DNA from: Croceitalea vernalis | GTDB lineage: Bacteria; Bacteroidota; Bacteroidia; Flavobacteriales; Flavobacteriaceae | Direction: 5' to 3' | Assembly (NCBI RefSeq): GCF_031846405.1 | Contig: NZ_JAVRHU010000001.1 | Location: forward strand, 235,160-299,159 | DNA length: 64,000 bases | Part shown: piece after piece, positions 20,173-29,188 of the stretch | Numbering within the stretch: position 1 is the first letter of the stretch | Layout: the number at the start of each line of letters is the position of its first letter | Notes under the pieces: model-generated | Told to the model about the DNA's origin: nothing | What the model saw: only the letters and a program-made list of their open reading frames with translations | Databases searched by the model: none | Made by a program: the position numbers and the translations under genes

Positions 20173-21066
20173 TCAAGACGTCTTTCGAGGCGTCTTTTTT
20201 TTGTTTACTAAATAAACTCCGACCAATATTAATAAAGCAGCCAAAAACTGACTTAAGGTAAATTTTTCTCCATCTAAAATTCCCCAAAAAATACCTACTA
20301 TAGGTATTAAATAAGTTACAGAAACTGAGAATACTGCCGAAGAAATTTGAACTAATTTATTAAACATTATTTTAGCAATGCAAGTGCCTATAACGCATAA
20401 AATGATAATATAACCTAGCGAGCTCCAAAAATGTTCGCCCGAAGTAACCTGGATGCTAAAAAAGCCTGAAAATGGCAGGACGATTATGGCAGGTATAATA
20501 ATAGCAGCAAAATTGCCAACGGCAATACCCATTGGAGTAACATTTTGCAGTTTGCTTTTAATAATATTCGCATTACACGCATAACAGATTGTGGCAATAA
20601 TCACAAAACCAGCATACCAATAGTTTTGATTTGGGTTCACTCCTTTACCAAAAAAAATCAAAAACGCTGCTCCGATTAAACCAAGTAAAACTCCTATTAA
20701 TTGGTTCTTTGAGAATGAAATTCCGAAAGCAAAAAGCCCCACAAATAAGGTAAATAAGGGCACTAAAGAATTCAAGATTGCAGCAATGCTACTATCTATT
20801 TCAGTCTCTGCGTAGGCAAATAAAAACATTGGAAAAAAACTACCAATAAAACCTGATAAAGCAATCCATTTCCATTCTTCTTTTGAAATTTTTTTTAAAG
20901 ATTTATATCCTATTAAAAATAGAAAAAAACCAGCAATAACAATTCTTGCAGAACCTAATTGAATAGGGGTAAAACCTTCTAAACCTTTTTTAATTAAAAT
21001 ATAAGAAGTACCCCAAATGATGGATAATACAAAAAGATAAATCCATTTTCTATTTTGTTCGGTCAT
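20173..21066 (-). CDS. EamA/DMT-family transporter (10-TM)
   Basis: Duplicated 5-TM EamA-like hydrophobic pattern; the ORF-track product starts MTEQNRKWIYLFVLSIIWGTSYILIKKG. Confidence 0.7.
   Translation of the reverse strand: MTEQNRKWIYLFVLSIIWGTSYILIKKGLEGFTPIQLGSARIVIAGFFLFLIGYKSLKKISKEEWKWIALSGFIGSFFPMFLFAYAETEIDSSIAAILNSLVPLFTLFVGLFAFGISFSKNQLIGVLLGLIGAAFLIFFGKGVNPNQNYWYAGFVIIATICYACNANIIKSKLQNVTPMGIAVGNFAAIIIPAIIVLPFSGFFSIQVTSGEHFWSSLGYIIILCVIGTCIAKIMFNKLVQISSAVFSVSVTYLIPIVGIFWGILDGEKFTLSQFLAALLILVGVYLVNKKKTPRKTS
20176..20202. terminator. hairpin plus T-run between convergent genes
   Basis: AGACGTC-tttcgag-GCGTCTT followed by TTTTTTTT. It lies within the last codons of the minus-strand EamA gene and serves the plus-strand M16 operon. 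Confidence 0.4.
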
Positions 21067-21202
21067 TATAATCTTGGATTATAGTTTGGTATACTAATCT
21101 CTGAACAAAGGTATTCTTATAAAGAGCTAAATGACCAGAATTAAGATAAGATTTAGGTTCTAATTAAAGTTCTTATTACTTTCACTTTATAAAGTTTTTT
21201 TC

Positions 21203-21526
21203 ATGCGATTTAAAAAAAATATTCTGCCTTTTATAGCCCTATTAGCAACAATATCATCTTTTGGTCAAAAGCAACAGACAAATTTAACAACCATTGAAAT
21301 CACAATATCCGGAATGGCCTGCCAAGAAGGTTGCGCAGATGCTATCAATGAAAACATCAAAAACTTGACAGGAGTTCAAAATTCAGAAGTAAGTTTTGAA
21401 ATCGGAAAAGCTATTGTCTCTTATGATTCATTGATTATTCCAATTGACAGTATAAAGCAAAAAATTATAGCAACAAAAGTTAAAAATTACAACTATGTTA
21501 TTGAAGCAATTCAGACTAAACAATAA
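21203..21526 (+). CDS. exported heavy-metal-associated (HMA) domain protein
   Basis: Signal peptide plus GMACQEGC, matching the GMxCxxC metal-binding motif. Confidence 0.7.
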   Translation: MRFKKNILPFIALLATISSFGQKQQTNLTTIEITISGMACQEGCADAINENIKNLTGVQNSEVSFEIGKAIVSYDSLIIPIDSIKQKIIATKVKNYNYVIEAIQTKQ

Positions 21527-21530
21527 AAAC

Positions 21531-21959
21531 ATGTTTAATCATCTTAATAAAATTGCCTTACTTTTTATTCTAGTTTTTTCATTTTCTTGTAAACAAGAAA
21601 AAAAAACTGAAGAAGAAAAGCCAACTCAAATGGAACAAGTAATGATCGTTCATGATGAAGTAATGCCTAAAATGGGAACGGTTTCAAAACTTGTGGCGCA
21701 ATTAAAATCTAAAGTTGATTCAACCGAAACTGGTATGGAATATCAAGCGGCTATGAGAGATCTTCAAAAAGCCAATAAATCGATGATGGATTGGATGATG
21801 GGGTTTGGAAATCGTTTTGATTCTGATGAAATATTGAATGGAAAAGAACTTACTTCTGAAAAAAAAGAATGGTTAAACGAAGAGGAGGAGAAGGTTAACG
21901 CTTTAAAAGAACAAATAAATATGAGTATAGAGAAAGCTCAATTACTATTAGAAAAATAA
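21531..21959 (+). CDS. Met-rich lipoprotein (possible Cu(I)-binding partner of the HMA protein)
   Basis: Lipobox FSFSC. Met clusters HDEVMPKM and MMDWMMGFG. Likely start at ATG 21531, 4 nt after the HMA stop; the ORF track's 21495 start overlaps the HMA gene. Confidence 0.45.
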   Translation: MFNHLNKIALLFILVFSFSCKQEKKTEEEKPTQMEQVMIVHDEVMPKMGTVSKLVAQLKSKVDSTETGMEYQAAMRDLQKANKSMMDWMMGFGNRFDSDEILNGKELTSEKKEWLNEEEEKVNALKEQINMSIEKAQLLLEK

Positions 21960-21960
21960 T

Positions 21961-22515
21961 TTAATCTTTCCATTCTAAGCTTTCCATAATCTTTCGAATA
22001 TCATTTTGTAAATAAATTGCAGCTGGGAAAATGGAATCATAATTGGGCTTAGCGTAAAAATAAAGTGAGCCCGTTACGAAGTTCTTAGTACTATCAGTTG
22101 CGTAAAATTGTGATTGAGATGCAGCATTTCCCGTTATTTCATAAAACATCCCAAATACCCTTTTATCATCATTAATAAAGGGTTGCTCAACAATATTATC
22201 AGCTTTCACAACATGTTCATATGATAATTTTTGAGCGTCATTTAATAATGTTTTTAAATCGTCATTTACTGGTTTGTATGTTAAATATATTGAGCCTTTT
22301 ATAGTCGGGTAATCTAGTGTAAGACCGTTAATGTTTTGTTGTTTTACGATTGCAATATTATTCTGTTCAAAAACAAAATTTGGAGTTTCTGATTTAATGT
22401 AAGATGCTGTGGGATAATCAAGTCGCATCATTGCTTTTGGCTTAGGCAAAACCTCATCATTACATGCCAAATTGAAAAACACACAAGCCAATAAAATTAA
22501 TATGCTATACTTCAT
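21961..22515 (-). CDS. gldD: gliding motility lipoprotein GldD
   Basis: About 185-aa lipoprotein (LLACVFFNLACN). It overlaps the 3' end of the upstream CBS/CorC gene by 11 nt. This ssb-gldE-gldD arrangement is the one described for Flavobacterium johnsoniae. Confidence 0.6.
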   Translation of the reverse strand: MKYSILILLACVFFNLACNDEVLPKPKAMMRLDYPTASYIKSETPNFVFEQNNIAIVKQQNINGLTLDYPTIKGSIYLTYKPVNDDLKTLLNDAQKLSYEHVVKADNIVEQPFINDDKRVFGMFYEITGNAASQSQFYATDSTKNFVTGSLYFYAKPNYDSIFPAAIYLQNDIRKIMESLEWKD

Positions 22516-23833
22516 GAGGTAGTTTTACCTTGATTTGTTTTAAGCGTTTTTTGTCTAAACTTTCTACAGTAAATACAAATTCATTAAAAATAACCTTCTC
22601 CCCTCGCTTCGGAAAACTTCCGGAAATTTCTAACACGAAACCGGCAATGGTTTCAGACTCACCCTTATTGTCTTCAAAGAGTTCATCATCATCTAGTTTA
22701 ACAACTCTGTAAAAATCTTTCAACGTTGTTTTTCCTTCAAAAACATATGTTTGATCATCCAGCTTTGAATAAATCAAATCTTCATCATCAAATTCATCAC
22801 TAATATCGCCTACTATTTCTTCAATAATATCTTCTAAAGTTACAATACCTGAGGTGCCGCCATATTCATCAACTACAATTGCCAAGTGCTTTTTTTGCTC
22901 TTGAAACTCTAGCAGTAAATCATCAAGTTTTTTATTCTCCGGCACAAAGTAAGGTTCTCGAATTAGAGATATCCAATTAAACGATTTTCTGTCAATATAA
23001 GACAGCAAATCTTTAACGTACAACACCCCTAAAACATTATCCATGTTCTCTGAAAAAACAGGTATTCTAGAATATCCATTTTTTTTAATTTCTTGAATTA
23101 CTTCAGGAAATTTCATCTCTTCATTCAAAGCAAAAATATCAATACGAGGTCGCATCACCTGTTTCGTATCTGTATTACCGAAAGACACAATACCTTCTAA
23201 GATTTTTTGCTCCTCTTTGGTAGTATCACCTTCTGAGGTTAATTCTAAAGCTTGTGATAAATGATCAACACCAAAATTTGATTTTTGTTTACCTAATTTA
23301 TCTTGAAGGAACAAAGTAGCCGAACGCATAGGCATGCTGATTGGTGTAAAAATAGTATCCAACACTCTAAGTGGCGAGGCCATAAAATGTGAGAATTGAA
23401 CTCGATTTCTATTGGCATATATTTTAGGAAGAATTTCACCAAACATTAATATTAAGAAGGTCGCAACTAGAACTTCAAGAACAAAACGAACAGAAATTAC
23501 ACCAAAAATAGTTTGATTAATAGTTGAAAACAAGATATCTCCTATTGAACTAAAAAGAAGCACAATACCAATGTTTATGGCATTATTAGCAATCAATATT
23601 GTAGCTAATAGCTTTTTTGGCTTCAATAAAAGCTTAAGAATCAGCTTACCTCTGCTAGTATCTTCTTCTTCAATTTCATTCAAATTGGTTTGAGATAGGC
23701 CAAAAAGAGCAACTTCAGCACCAGAGATTAAGGCTGAAAAAAGCAAAAGAATTAATAACACCAAAACTTTTACAATAAAAACTCCATTAAAGACATTTGC
23801 TATTAAGGATAAACTGTAAGGGTCAGGGTCCAA
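22505..23833 (-). CDS. gldE: gliding motility protein GldE (DUF21-CBS-CorC_HlyC, CNNM-type)
   Basis: Four N-terminal TM helices (DUF21), a tandem CBS pair and a C-terminal CorC/HlyC transporter-associated domain, immediately downstream of ssb. Confidence 0.7.
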   Translation of the reverse strand: MDPDPYSLSLIANVFNGVFIVKVLVLLILLLFSALISGAEVALFGLSQTNLNEIEEEDTSRGKLILKLLLKPKKLLATILIANNAINIGIVLLFSSIGDILFSTINQTIFGVISVRFVLEVLVATFLILMFGEILPKIYANRNRVQFSHFMASPLRVLDTIFTPISMPMRSATLFLQDKLGKQKSNFGVDHLSQALELTSEGDTTKEEQKILEGIVSFGNTDTKQVMRPRIDIFALNEEMKFPEVIQEIKKNGYSRIPVFSENMDNVLGVLYVKDLLSYIDRKSFNWISLIREPYFVPENKKLDDLLLEFQEQKKHLAIVVDEYGGTSGIVTLEDIIEEIVGDISDEFDDEDLIYSKLDDQTYVFEGKTTLKDFYRVVKLDDDELFEDNKGESETIAGFVLEISGSFPKRGEKVIFNEFVFTVESLDKKRLKQIKVKLPHEV

Positions 23834-23857
23834 TGCCGAGTAATTTAATTTTACTTA

Positions 23858-24322
23858 TTAAAAAGGTAAATCGTCGTCCGGTTCGGAGTTTGAAACCGGT
23901 GTAACTGAAGCTTGAGTCGTTGGTGGTTGGGTTGGCGCAGCTTGTTGATTAGTTTGACCACTCTGCATATTGGCACCAGCTTCATTCTTATTAGTTAGAA
24001 AGGTAAAATCTTGAACATGAACTTCTGTAGTGTATCGTGTATTGCCATCTTCACCTTGCCACTGTCTATTTTTTAATCTGCCTTCAACATAGACTTTATC
24101 GCCTTTGCTTAAATATTTTTCACAAATCTCAGCAGCCTTGTTTCGAACCACAACATTATGCCAGTCAGTATTTGTTACTTTTTCTCCAGTTTGTTTGTTG
24201 GTATAGGTTTCATTGGTAGCAATAGGAAATCTACCAATACACCCACCACCTTCAAAATAGTGCATTTTAACTTCATCACCTAAGTGCCCAATTAGCATTA
24301 CTTTATTTACTGTTCCGCTCAT
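23858..24322 (-). CDS. ssb: single-stranded DNA-binding protein
   Basis: OB-fold region VNKVMLIGHLGDEV...TDWHNVVV. Acidic C-terminal tail DDDLPF. Confidence 0.9.
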   Translation of the reverse strand: MSGTVNKVMLIGHLGDEVKMHYFEGGGCIGRFPIATNETYTNKQTGEKVTNTDWHNVVVRNKAAEICEKYLSKGDKVYVEGRLKNRQWQGEDGNTRYTTEVHVQDFTFLTNKNEAGANMQSGQTNQQAAPTQPPTTQASVTPVSNSEPDDDLPF

Positions 24323-24344
24323 AGTGAATCAAAAGTACTAAATT

Positions 24345-25376
24345 TTAAAAGCTTCGGATAAAATCTGCTATTAAAACTGGAACCGGATACTCCTCCAAAC
24401 TTTTCCATGATACAGCTTTTGGCAAATTCCGTTCAACCTCAATAATCCAAAACTTTGTGTGAAGATGTTGATGAGATAGTTTATGAATTATTGGCTTTTC
24501 ATTAAAAAGAGAAATTTCATACTTTTTTATGTTGGAATAGTTTTCTGAAACCCTCTTTGAAACTTGATTAATATTGGCCTCGGACTCTGATTCAAACAAG
24601 GGAAATTGATAAAGATTTTGCCATATTCCTTTGCCTGTGCGCTGCTCCAATATGGTGTGTTTTTTAGAGTCCAAAAAAATTAGATAATTAAAATTCTTCT
24701 TCTTAACCTTTAATTTTTTGAGCTTAATTGGTAATTCATGAACTCGATTTTGTGCTAAAGCAACACAATTTTCACTTATAGGACAATGAAGACAATAAGG
24801 TTTTTTAGGAGCGCATTGAATTGCTCCAAACTCCATAATACCCTGATTATAATCACGAATTTCTTTAGTATTCATAACTTCTCTAGCAAGTTTTTTAAAA
24901 TGCTTTATTCCCGCTGTTGAATTAATAGGGAGTTCTATACCATAATAACGTGCCAATACTCGATAAACATTGCCATCAACCACGGGCTCGGCTTGGTCAA
25001 AACAAATAGAAGCAATGGCACTTGCAGTATAATCACCAACTCCCTTCAATTTAATTAGACCTTCATAAGTATTCGGAAAAGAACCATTAAACTCATTAAC
25101 CACCATTTTAGCAGTAGCATGCATATTTCTAGCTCGGGAATAATACCCTAAACCTTGCCAAAGTTTAAGTACTCTTTCCTCGCTTGCCGAAGCCATATCT
25201 TTAACAGTAGGAAACTCCTTTATGAATTTTTCATAATAAGGTAAGCCTTGAGCAACTCTAGTTTGTTGAAGCATTACTTCGGATAACCAAATATTATATG
25301 GGTTACGAGTTGAACGCCATGGAAGTACACGTTTATTCTCAGCATACCAATTCAAAATTTCATAGGAAAAATTCAT
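24345..25376 (-). CDS. mutY: A/G-specific adenine DNA glycosylase
   Basis: HhH-GPD core. 4Fe-4S cluster cysteines Cx6CxxCPx. C-terminal NUDIX-like domain. Confidence 0.85.
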   Translation of the reverse strand: MNFSYEILNWYAENKRVLPWRSTRNPYNIWLSEVMLQQTRVAQGLPYYEKFIKEFPTVKDMASASEERVLKLWQGLGYYSRARNMHATAKMVVNEFNGSFPNTYEGLIKLKGVGDYTASAIASICFDQAEPVVDGNVYRVLARYYGIELPINSTAGIKHFKKLAREVMNTKEIRDYNQGIMEFGAIQCAPKKPYCLHCPISENCVALAQNRVHELPIKLKKLKVKKKNFNYLIFLDSKKHTILEQRTGKGIWQNLYQFPLFESESEANINQVSKRVSENYSNIKKYEISLFNEKPIIHKLSHQHLHTKFWIIEVERNLPKAVSWKSLEEYPVPVLIADFIRSF

Positions 25377-25447
25377 GTATGAAAATACTATAAGATTAAA
25401 GTAACAGTTTATATACTTAAATTTTAGGGCTTTATGTAAAACATTTA

Positions 25448-25455
25448 TATATTTG
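25448..25455 (+). promoter_or_regulatory. putative -7 box (TATATTTG) of the HU promoter
   Basis: Matches the Bacteroidetes TAnnTTTG consensus, about 34 nt upstream of the HU start. No clean -33 TTG was seen. Confidence 0.3.
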
Positions 25456-25488
25456 CAAGCCTAAAAAAAACGAAAATATAAATACGAA

Positions 25489-25779
25489 ATGACGAAAGCG
25501 GATATTGTATCTAAAATCTCAGAAAAACTGGGTATTGAAAAAGGAGACGTACAAGCGACTGTAGAATCTTTTATGGAAGAGGTTAAAACCTCATTAGAGA
25601 GCGGAGATAATGTTTATCTAAGAGGTTTTGGTAGCTTTATTATCAAAACTAGAGCTGAGAAAACAGGAAGAAATATTTCAAAGAATACAACCATCAAAAT
25701 TCCTGCACACAATATTCCTGCTTTTAAACCTGCTAAGGTTTTTGTAGAAGGAGTAAAAAGTAATGTACAGGTAAAATAA
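25489..25779 (+). CDS. HU-family DNA-binding protein
   Basis: MTKADIVSKISEKLGI...GFGSF...R...P is the HU/IHF beta-arm pattern. Confidence 0.9.
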   Translation: MTKADIVSKISEKLGIEKGDVQATVESFMEEVKTSLESGDNVYLRGFGSFIIKTRAEKTGRNISKNTTIKIPAHNIPAFKPAKVFVEGVKSNVQVK

Positions 25780-25805
25780 TTTACTAACGAAAAAGCAACG
25801 CGAAT

Positions 25806-25895
25806 ATGCCGAGTGGAAAAAAGAGAAAAAGACATAAGGTAGCTACACACAAGCGTAAGAAACGCCGGAGAGCTAACCGACACAAGAAAAAGTAG
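25806..25895 (+). CDS. candidate 29-aa polybasic micro-protein (MPSGKKRKRHKVATHKRKKRRRANRHKKK)
   Basis: ATG-initiated ORF not in the ORF track; 20 of 29 residues are K, R or H. Its TAG stop overlaps the 5' arm of a hairpin terminator. Confidence 0.2.
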   Translation: MPSGKKRKRHKVATHKRKKRRRANRHKKK

Positions 25896-25912
25896 TCAGC
25901 TGACTACTTTTT
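25891..25912 (+). terminator. hairpin (AGTAGTCAG-CTGACTACT) plus TTTT
   Basis: Perfect 9-bp palindrome followed by a T-run, between HU and rng. It could terminate the HU/micro-ORF transcript or belong to the rng 5' leader. Confidence 0.4.
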
Positions 25913-25958
25913 CGCTTTAATACGTTCATTGACATCATGGTTAAAAAATTTTTAGTAC

Positions 25959-27587
25959 TTGATTGGTCTTAATAGATCAAACAATATATATGTTAAATCC
26001 ATTCGTCTCAAAATTAGAGACGGATATAAATCGAAACAGGTGAATAGAGAATTAATCGTAAGATCTAGTTCTGATGCTGTCGATTTTGCCTTATTAAAAG
26101 ATGGAAAACTTATTGAACTTCACAAAGAAGAAGACAACAATAGCTTTTCGGTTGGGGATATTTTCCTCGCCAAAATCAGAAAACCCGTTACGGGCCTAAA
26201 TGCAGCCTTCGTAAATGTTGGTTATGAAAAAGATGCCTTTCTGCATTATCATGACCTTGGCCCACAGCTAGCTTCTATGCTAAAGTTCATTAAGCAAGCA
26301 AGAACGGGAAAACTCAAAGATTTTTCCTTAAAAGATTTTCCATTTGAAAAAGATATTGATAAGAATGGCTCGATAAACGAAGTTATCAAAGCCAATCAAT
26401 CGTTATTAGTACAAATTGTAAAAGAACCCATTTCAACCAAAGGACCAAGAATTAGTTCTGAGCTTTCAATAGCCGGGCGCTATTTGGTCATGGTTCCTTT
26501 TTCCGACCGCGTTTCAGTTTCTCAAAAAATTGAAAGTAATGAAGAAAAAAGTAGGCTTAAAAGACTTGTAAAAAGTATTAAGCCAAAAGGGTTTGGAGTA
26601 ATAATTCGTACCGTGGCAGAAGGCAAAAAAGTCGCAGAACTCGACAAAGATCTCCAAAACTTGCAGACAAAATGGACTGCAATGTGCAAAACGTTGTATA
26701 AAGCCGAACATCCGTCGAAAGTATTAGTTGAACTCAACAGAGCTTCTTCAATTCTAAGAGACATTTTTAATGATTCTTTTACAGGAATTCACGTAGATGA
26801 TGAAACGCTTCATGACAATATTAAAGACTATGTGCACGAAATAGCTCCGCAGAAGGAGTCCATTGTAAAATTATATAGTGGTTCAGCCCCCATATTTGAA
26901 AAATTTGGGATTGAACGACAAATTAAAACCTCTTTTGGCAAAACTGCCACAATGAGTAAAGGAGCTTACCTTGTTATTGAACATACTGAAGCTTTACACG
27001 TAATTGATGTAAATAGCGGTAACCGTTCAAATAAAGCAAAAAATCAAGAAGATACCGCATTGGAAGTAAATATGTTGGCAGCCGCAGAAATTGCAAGGCA
27101 ACTTCGTTTGCGAGATATGGGTGGTATAATTGTTGTTGATTTTATTGATATGACAAGGGGTGATCATCGTAGAAAACTCTTTGATTTTCTTAGAGATGAA
27201 ATGAAAGATGACCGCGCTAAGCATAAGATTTTACCTCCAAGTAAATTTGGTTTAGTACAAATCACAAGGCAACGGGTAAGACCTGAGATGAATATTAAAA
27301 CCAGCGAAGAGAACCCTAACGGTTCTGGCAAAGAGGTAGAAGCGCCTATTGTTTTACTTGATAAAATCAATTTTGAGTTAGAACGTATTTTAAAAGGCCC
27401 GAATAAGAATAAAAGTATCGTACTCAATATACATCCTTTTATAGCAGCTTATTTGACTAAAGGAGTGCCTTCCATTCGTCAAAAATGGTTTTTAGAGTAT
27501 AAAAAATGGGTTAAAATTCAACCTAGAGATGCCTATACTTATCTTGAATATAGATTTAAAGATAAACAGGGCAAAGTAGTTAGATAA
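25959..27587 (+). CDS. rng: ribonuclease G/E family (Rne/Rng)
   Basis: S1 domain followed by the RNase E/G catalytic core (ITRQRVRPE, DVNSG...). The track start is a TTG at 25959. An in-frame GTG at 26040 (VNRELIVRSS) is an equally plausible start. Confidence 0.85.
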   Translation: MIGLNRSNNIYVKSIRLKIRDGYKSKQVNRELIVRSSSDAVDFALLKDGKLIELHKEEDNNSFSVGDIFLAKIRKPVTGLNAAFVNVGYEKDAFLHYHDLGPQLASMLKFIKQARTGKLKDFSLKDFPFEKDIDKNGSINEVIKANQSLLVQIVKEPISTKGPRISSELSIAGRYLVMVPFSDRVSVSQKIESNEEKSRLKRLVKSIKPKGFGVIIRTVAEGKKVAELDKDLQNLQTKWTAMCKTLYKAEHPSKVLVELNRASSILRDIFNDSFTGIHVDDETLHDNIKDYVHEIAPQKESIVKLYSGSAPIFEKFGIERQIKTSFGKTATMSKGAYLVIEHTEALHVIDVNSGNRSNKAKNQEDTALEVNMLAAAEIARQLRLRDMGGIIVVDFIDMTRGDHRRKLFDFLRDEMKDDRAKHKILPPSKFGLVQITRQRVRPEMNIKTSEENPNGSGKEVEAPIVLLDKINFELERILKGPNKNKSIVLNIHPFIAAYLTKGVPSIRQKWFLEYKKWVKIQPRDAYTYLEYRFKDKQGKVVR

Positions 27588-27590
27588 CAA

Positions 27591-27623
27591 AAAGCGACTT
27601 CAGTAATGGAGTCGCTTTTTTTG
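27591..27623 (+). terminator. rho-independent terminator after rng
   Basis: AAAGCGACT-tcagtaatgg-AGTCGCTTT followed by TTTTT. Confidence 0.65.
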
Positions 27624-27652
27624 TATCTTGTTTTTAACAAACGTAATACAAA

Positions 27653-27856
27653 ATGAAGGAATATAAAGTTGAATCATTTATTTACTACTCTAAACTTAAA
27701 CTTGACACAAAACATATCTTAAAAGATTCTACAAAAGATATACAGGTAAAACTAGACGAAATGGCTAAAGAAGGATGGAAATTATCCTCGACTGACGCCA
27801 CAAATTTTGGCGCGGCAGTATACATGTATTTATATTTTGAACGAGATGTAAAATAG
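27653..27856 (+). CDS. small DUF4177-like protein
   Basis: 67 aa. The EYKV...EMAKEGWKL pattern resembles DUF4177. Confidence 0.4.
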   Translation: MKEYKVESFIYYSKLKLDTKHILKDSTKDIQVKLDEMAKEGWKLSSTDATNFGAAVYMYLYFERDVK

Positions 27857-27859
27857 TCT

Positions 27860-28684
27860 ATGGAATGTAAAAACTGTGCATATGAAATTGACGAAAATGA
27901 ATTTTATTGTCAGCATTGCGGAGGTAAAATTATAAGAAATCGTATTTCGTTAAAATTATTGCTTTCTGAGGCAGCAGCTAATATTTTCGGTTGGGACAAC
28001 AAATATTTTCTAACTGTTAGAGGTTTATTTGTTTACCCTGGAAAACTACTACAACAATATATTGACGGTACCAGAAAACGTTATATGAACCCTATTAGCT
28101 TTTTGTTGATAGGACTAACCTTGGGCATATTCTTCTTTAATATTTTTAGTGAACAGTACTTGTCCATAACGGAAAAAGCCAATGAATCTCAGCTTGAGTG
28201 GATGGCTCAAAATCTTGGTGGTATTTATGAAAGTGATGAATTTCAAGAAAAATCAAGGGCAGATTCAAACAAAATGCAAGAATTTCTCCTTCGGTATTTA
28301 AATATTATTACTTTAATTAATTTACCCCTTTATGCCTTATTATCGTGGTCAGTATTTAGAAAACGCTATAACTTTGGTGAACATTTAGTCGTTAATTCTT
28401 ATCTACAAGGCGTAGGTTTTCTTTTTTCTATACTTTTCTTCTTTGTGGCGATTATAGTTCATCCTTCTTTGTTTTTTTTAAGTTTACTCGGTACTTTTTC
28501 ACTTTATTGTCATGCCTACAAACAACTTTATAAGCTAAGTTGGTCAGAATTGATCTTAAAAATTCTTCTTTTTATTGGGATTCTTATTGGTCTTTCAATT
28601 GTTTTGGGTATAGCATTCTTTGTAATTGGTTATATAGGTGCAAGATTTGGTCTTCTTGATTTTGAGAATTTGATTAAAATGTAA
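27860..28684 (+). CDS. DUF3667-type membrane protein with N-terminal zinc ribbon
   Basis: CKNCAYEI...YCQHCGG zinc ribbon followed by 5-6 TM helices. Confidence 0.55.
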   Translation: MECKNCAYEIDENEFYCQHCGGKIIRNRISLKLLLSEAAANIFGWDNKYFLTVRGLFVYPGKLLQQYIDGTRKRYMNPISFLLIGLTLGIFFFNIFSEQYLSITEKANESQLEWMAQNLGGIYESDEFQEKSRADSNKMQEFLLRYLNIITLINLPLYALLSWSVFRKRYNFGEHLVVNSYLQGVGFLFSILFFFVAIIVHPSLFFLSLLGTFSLYCHAYKQLYKLSWSELILKILLFIGILIGLSIVLGIAFFVIGYIGARFGLLDFENLIKM

Positions 28685-28687
28685 TAA

Positions 28688-29143
28688 ATGACATTAAGAG
28701 AAGCCAAAAGAAAGTTAGAAAACTATTGTGCCTATCAAGAACGTTGTCATAAAGAGGTAATTGAGAAGTTAAAAGGAATGCGTATGATTCCTGAGGCTAT
28801 AGATCAAATTGTAACTCAACTTATTGAAGATAACTTTTTAAATGAAGAACGCTTCGCTAAAAGTTTTGCCAGAGGAAAATTTAATATTAAAAAGTGGGGT
28901 AAAAACCGAATTGAAAATGAATTAAAACAACGTCAAATCTCTAGATATAATATTACCGCCGCCTTAAAAGAGATTGATGAAGAAACTTATATTGAAACCC
29001 TTGATACCCTTGCTAAAAAAAGATTAGAACAAATTACTGAAACGAATCTTCAAAAAAAACGTAAAAAACTAGCTGATTATCTTTTATATCGAGGCTGGGA
29101 AAGTCACTTGGTATATGAAAAACTAAGAGAATTAATTAAGTAA
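28688..29143 (+). CDS. recX: regulatory protein RecX
   Basis: About 150-aa three-repeat helical protein. The AKRKLENYCAYQERCHKEV N-terminus is typical of RecX. Confidence 0.75.
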   Translation: MTLREAKRKLENYCAYQERCHKEVIEKLKGMRMIPEAIDQIVTQLIEDNFLNEERFAKSFARGKFNIKKWGKNRIENELKQRQISRYNITAALKEIDEETYIETLDTLAKKRLEQITETNLQKKRKKLADYLLYRGWESHLVYEKLRELIK

Positions 29144-29188
29144 TCTTCTATGTTCTATACTCTTTTTATCAAATAGAAGTGCAATACC

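Noticed and set aside
29146-29178. 7-bp inverted repeat CTTCTAT...ATAGAAG between convergent recX and the JmjC gene
   Set aside because: Short stem with an 18-nt loop and no flanking T-run on either strand.
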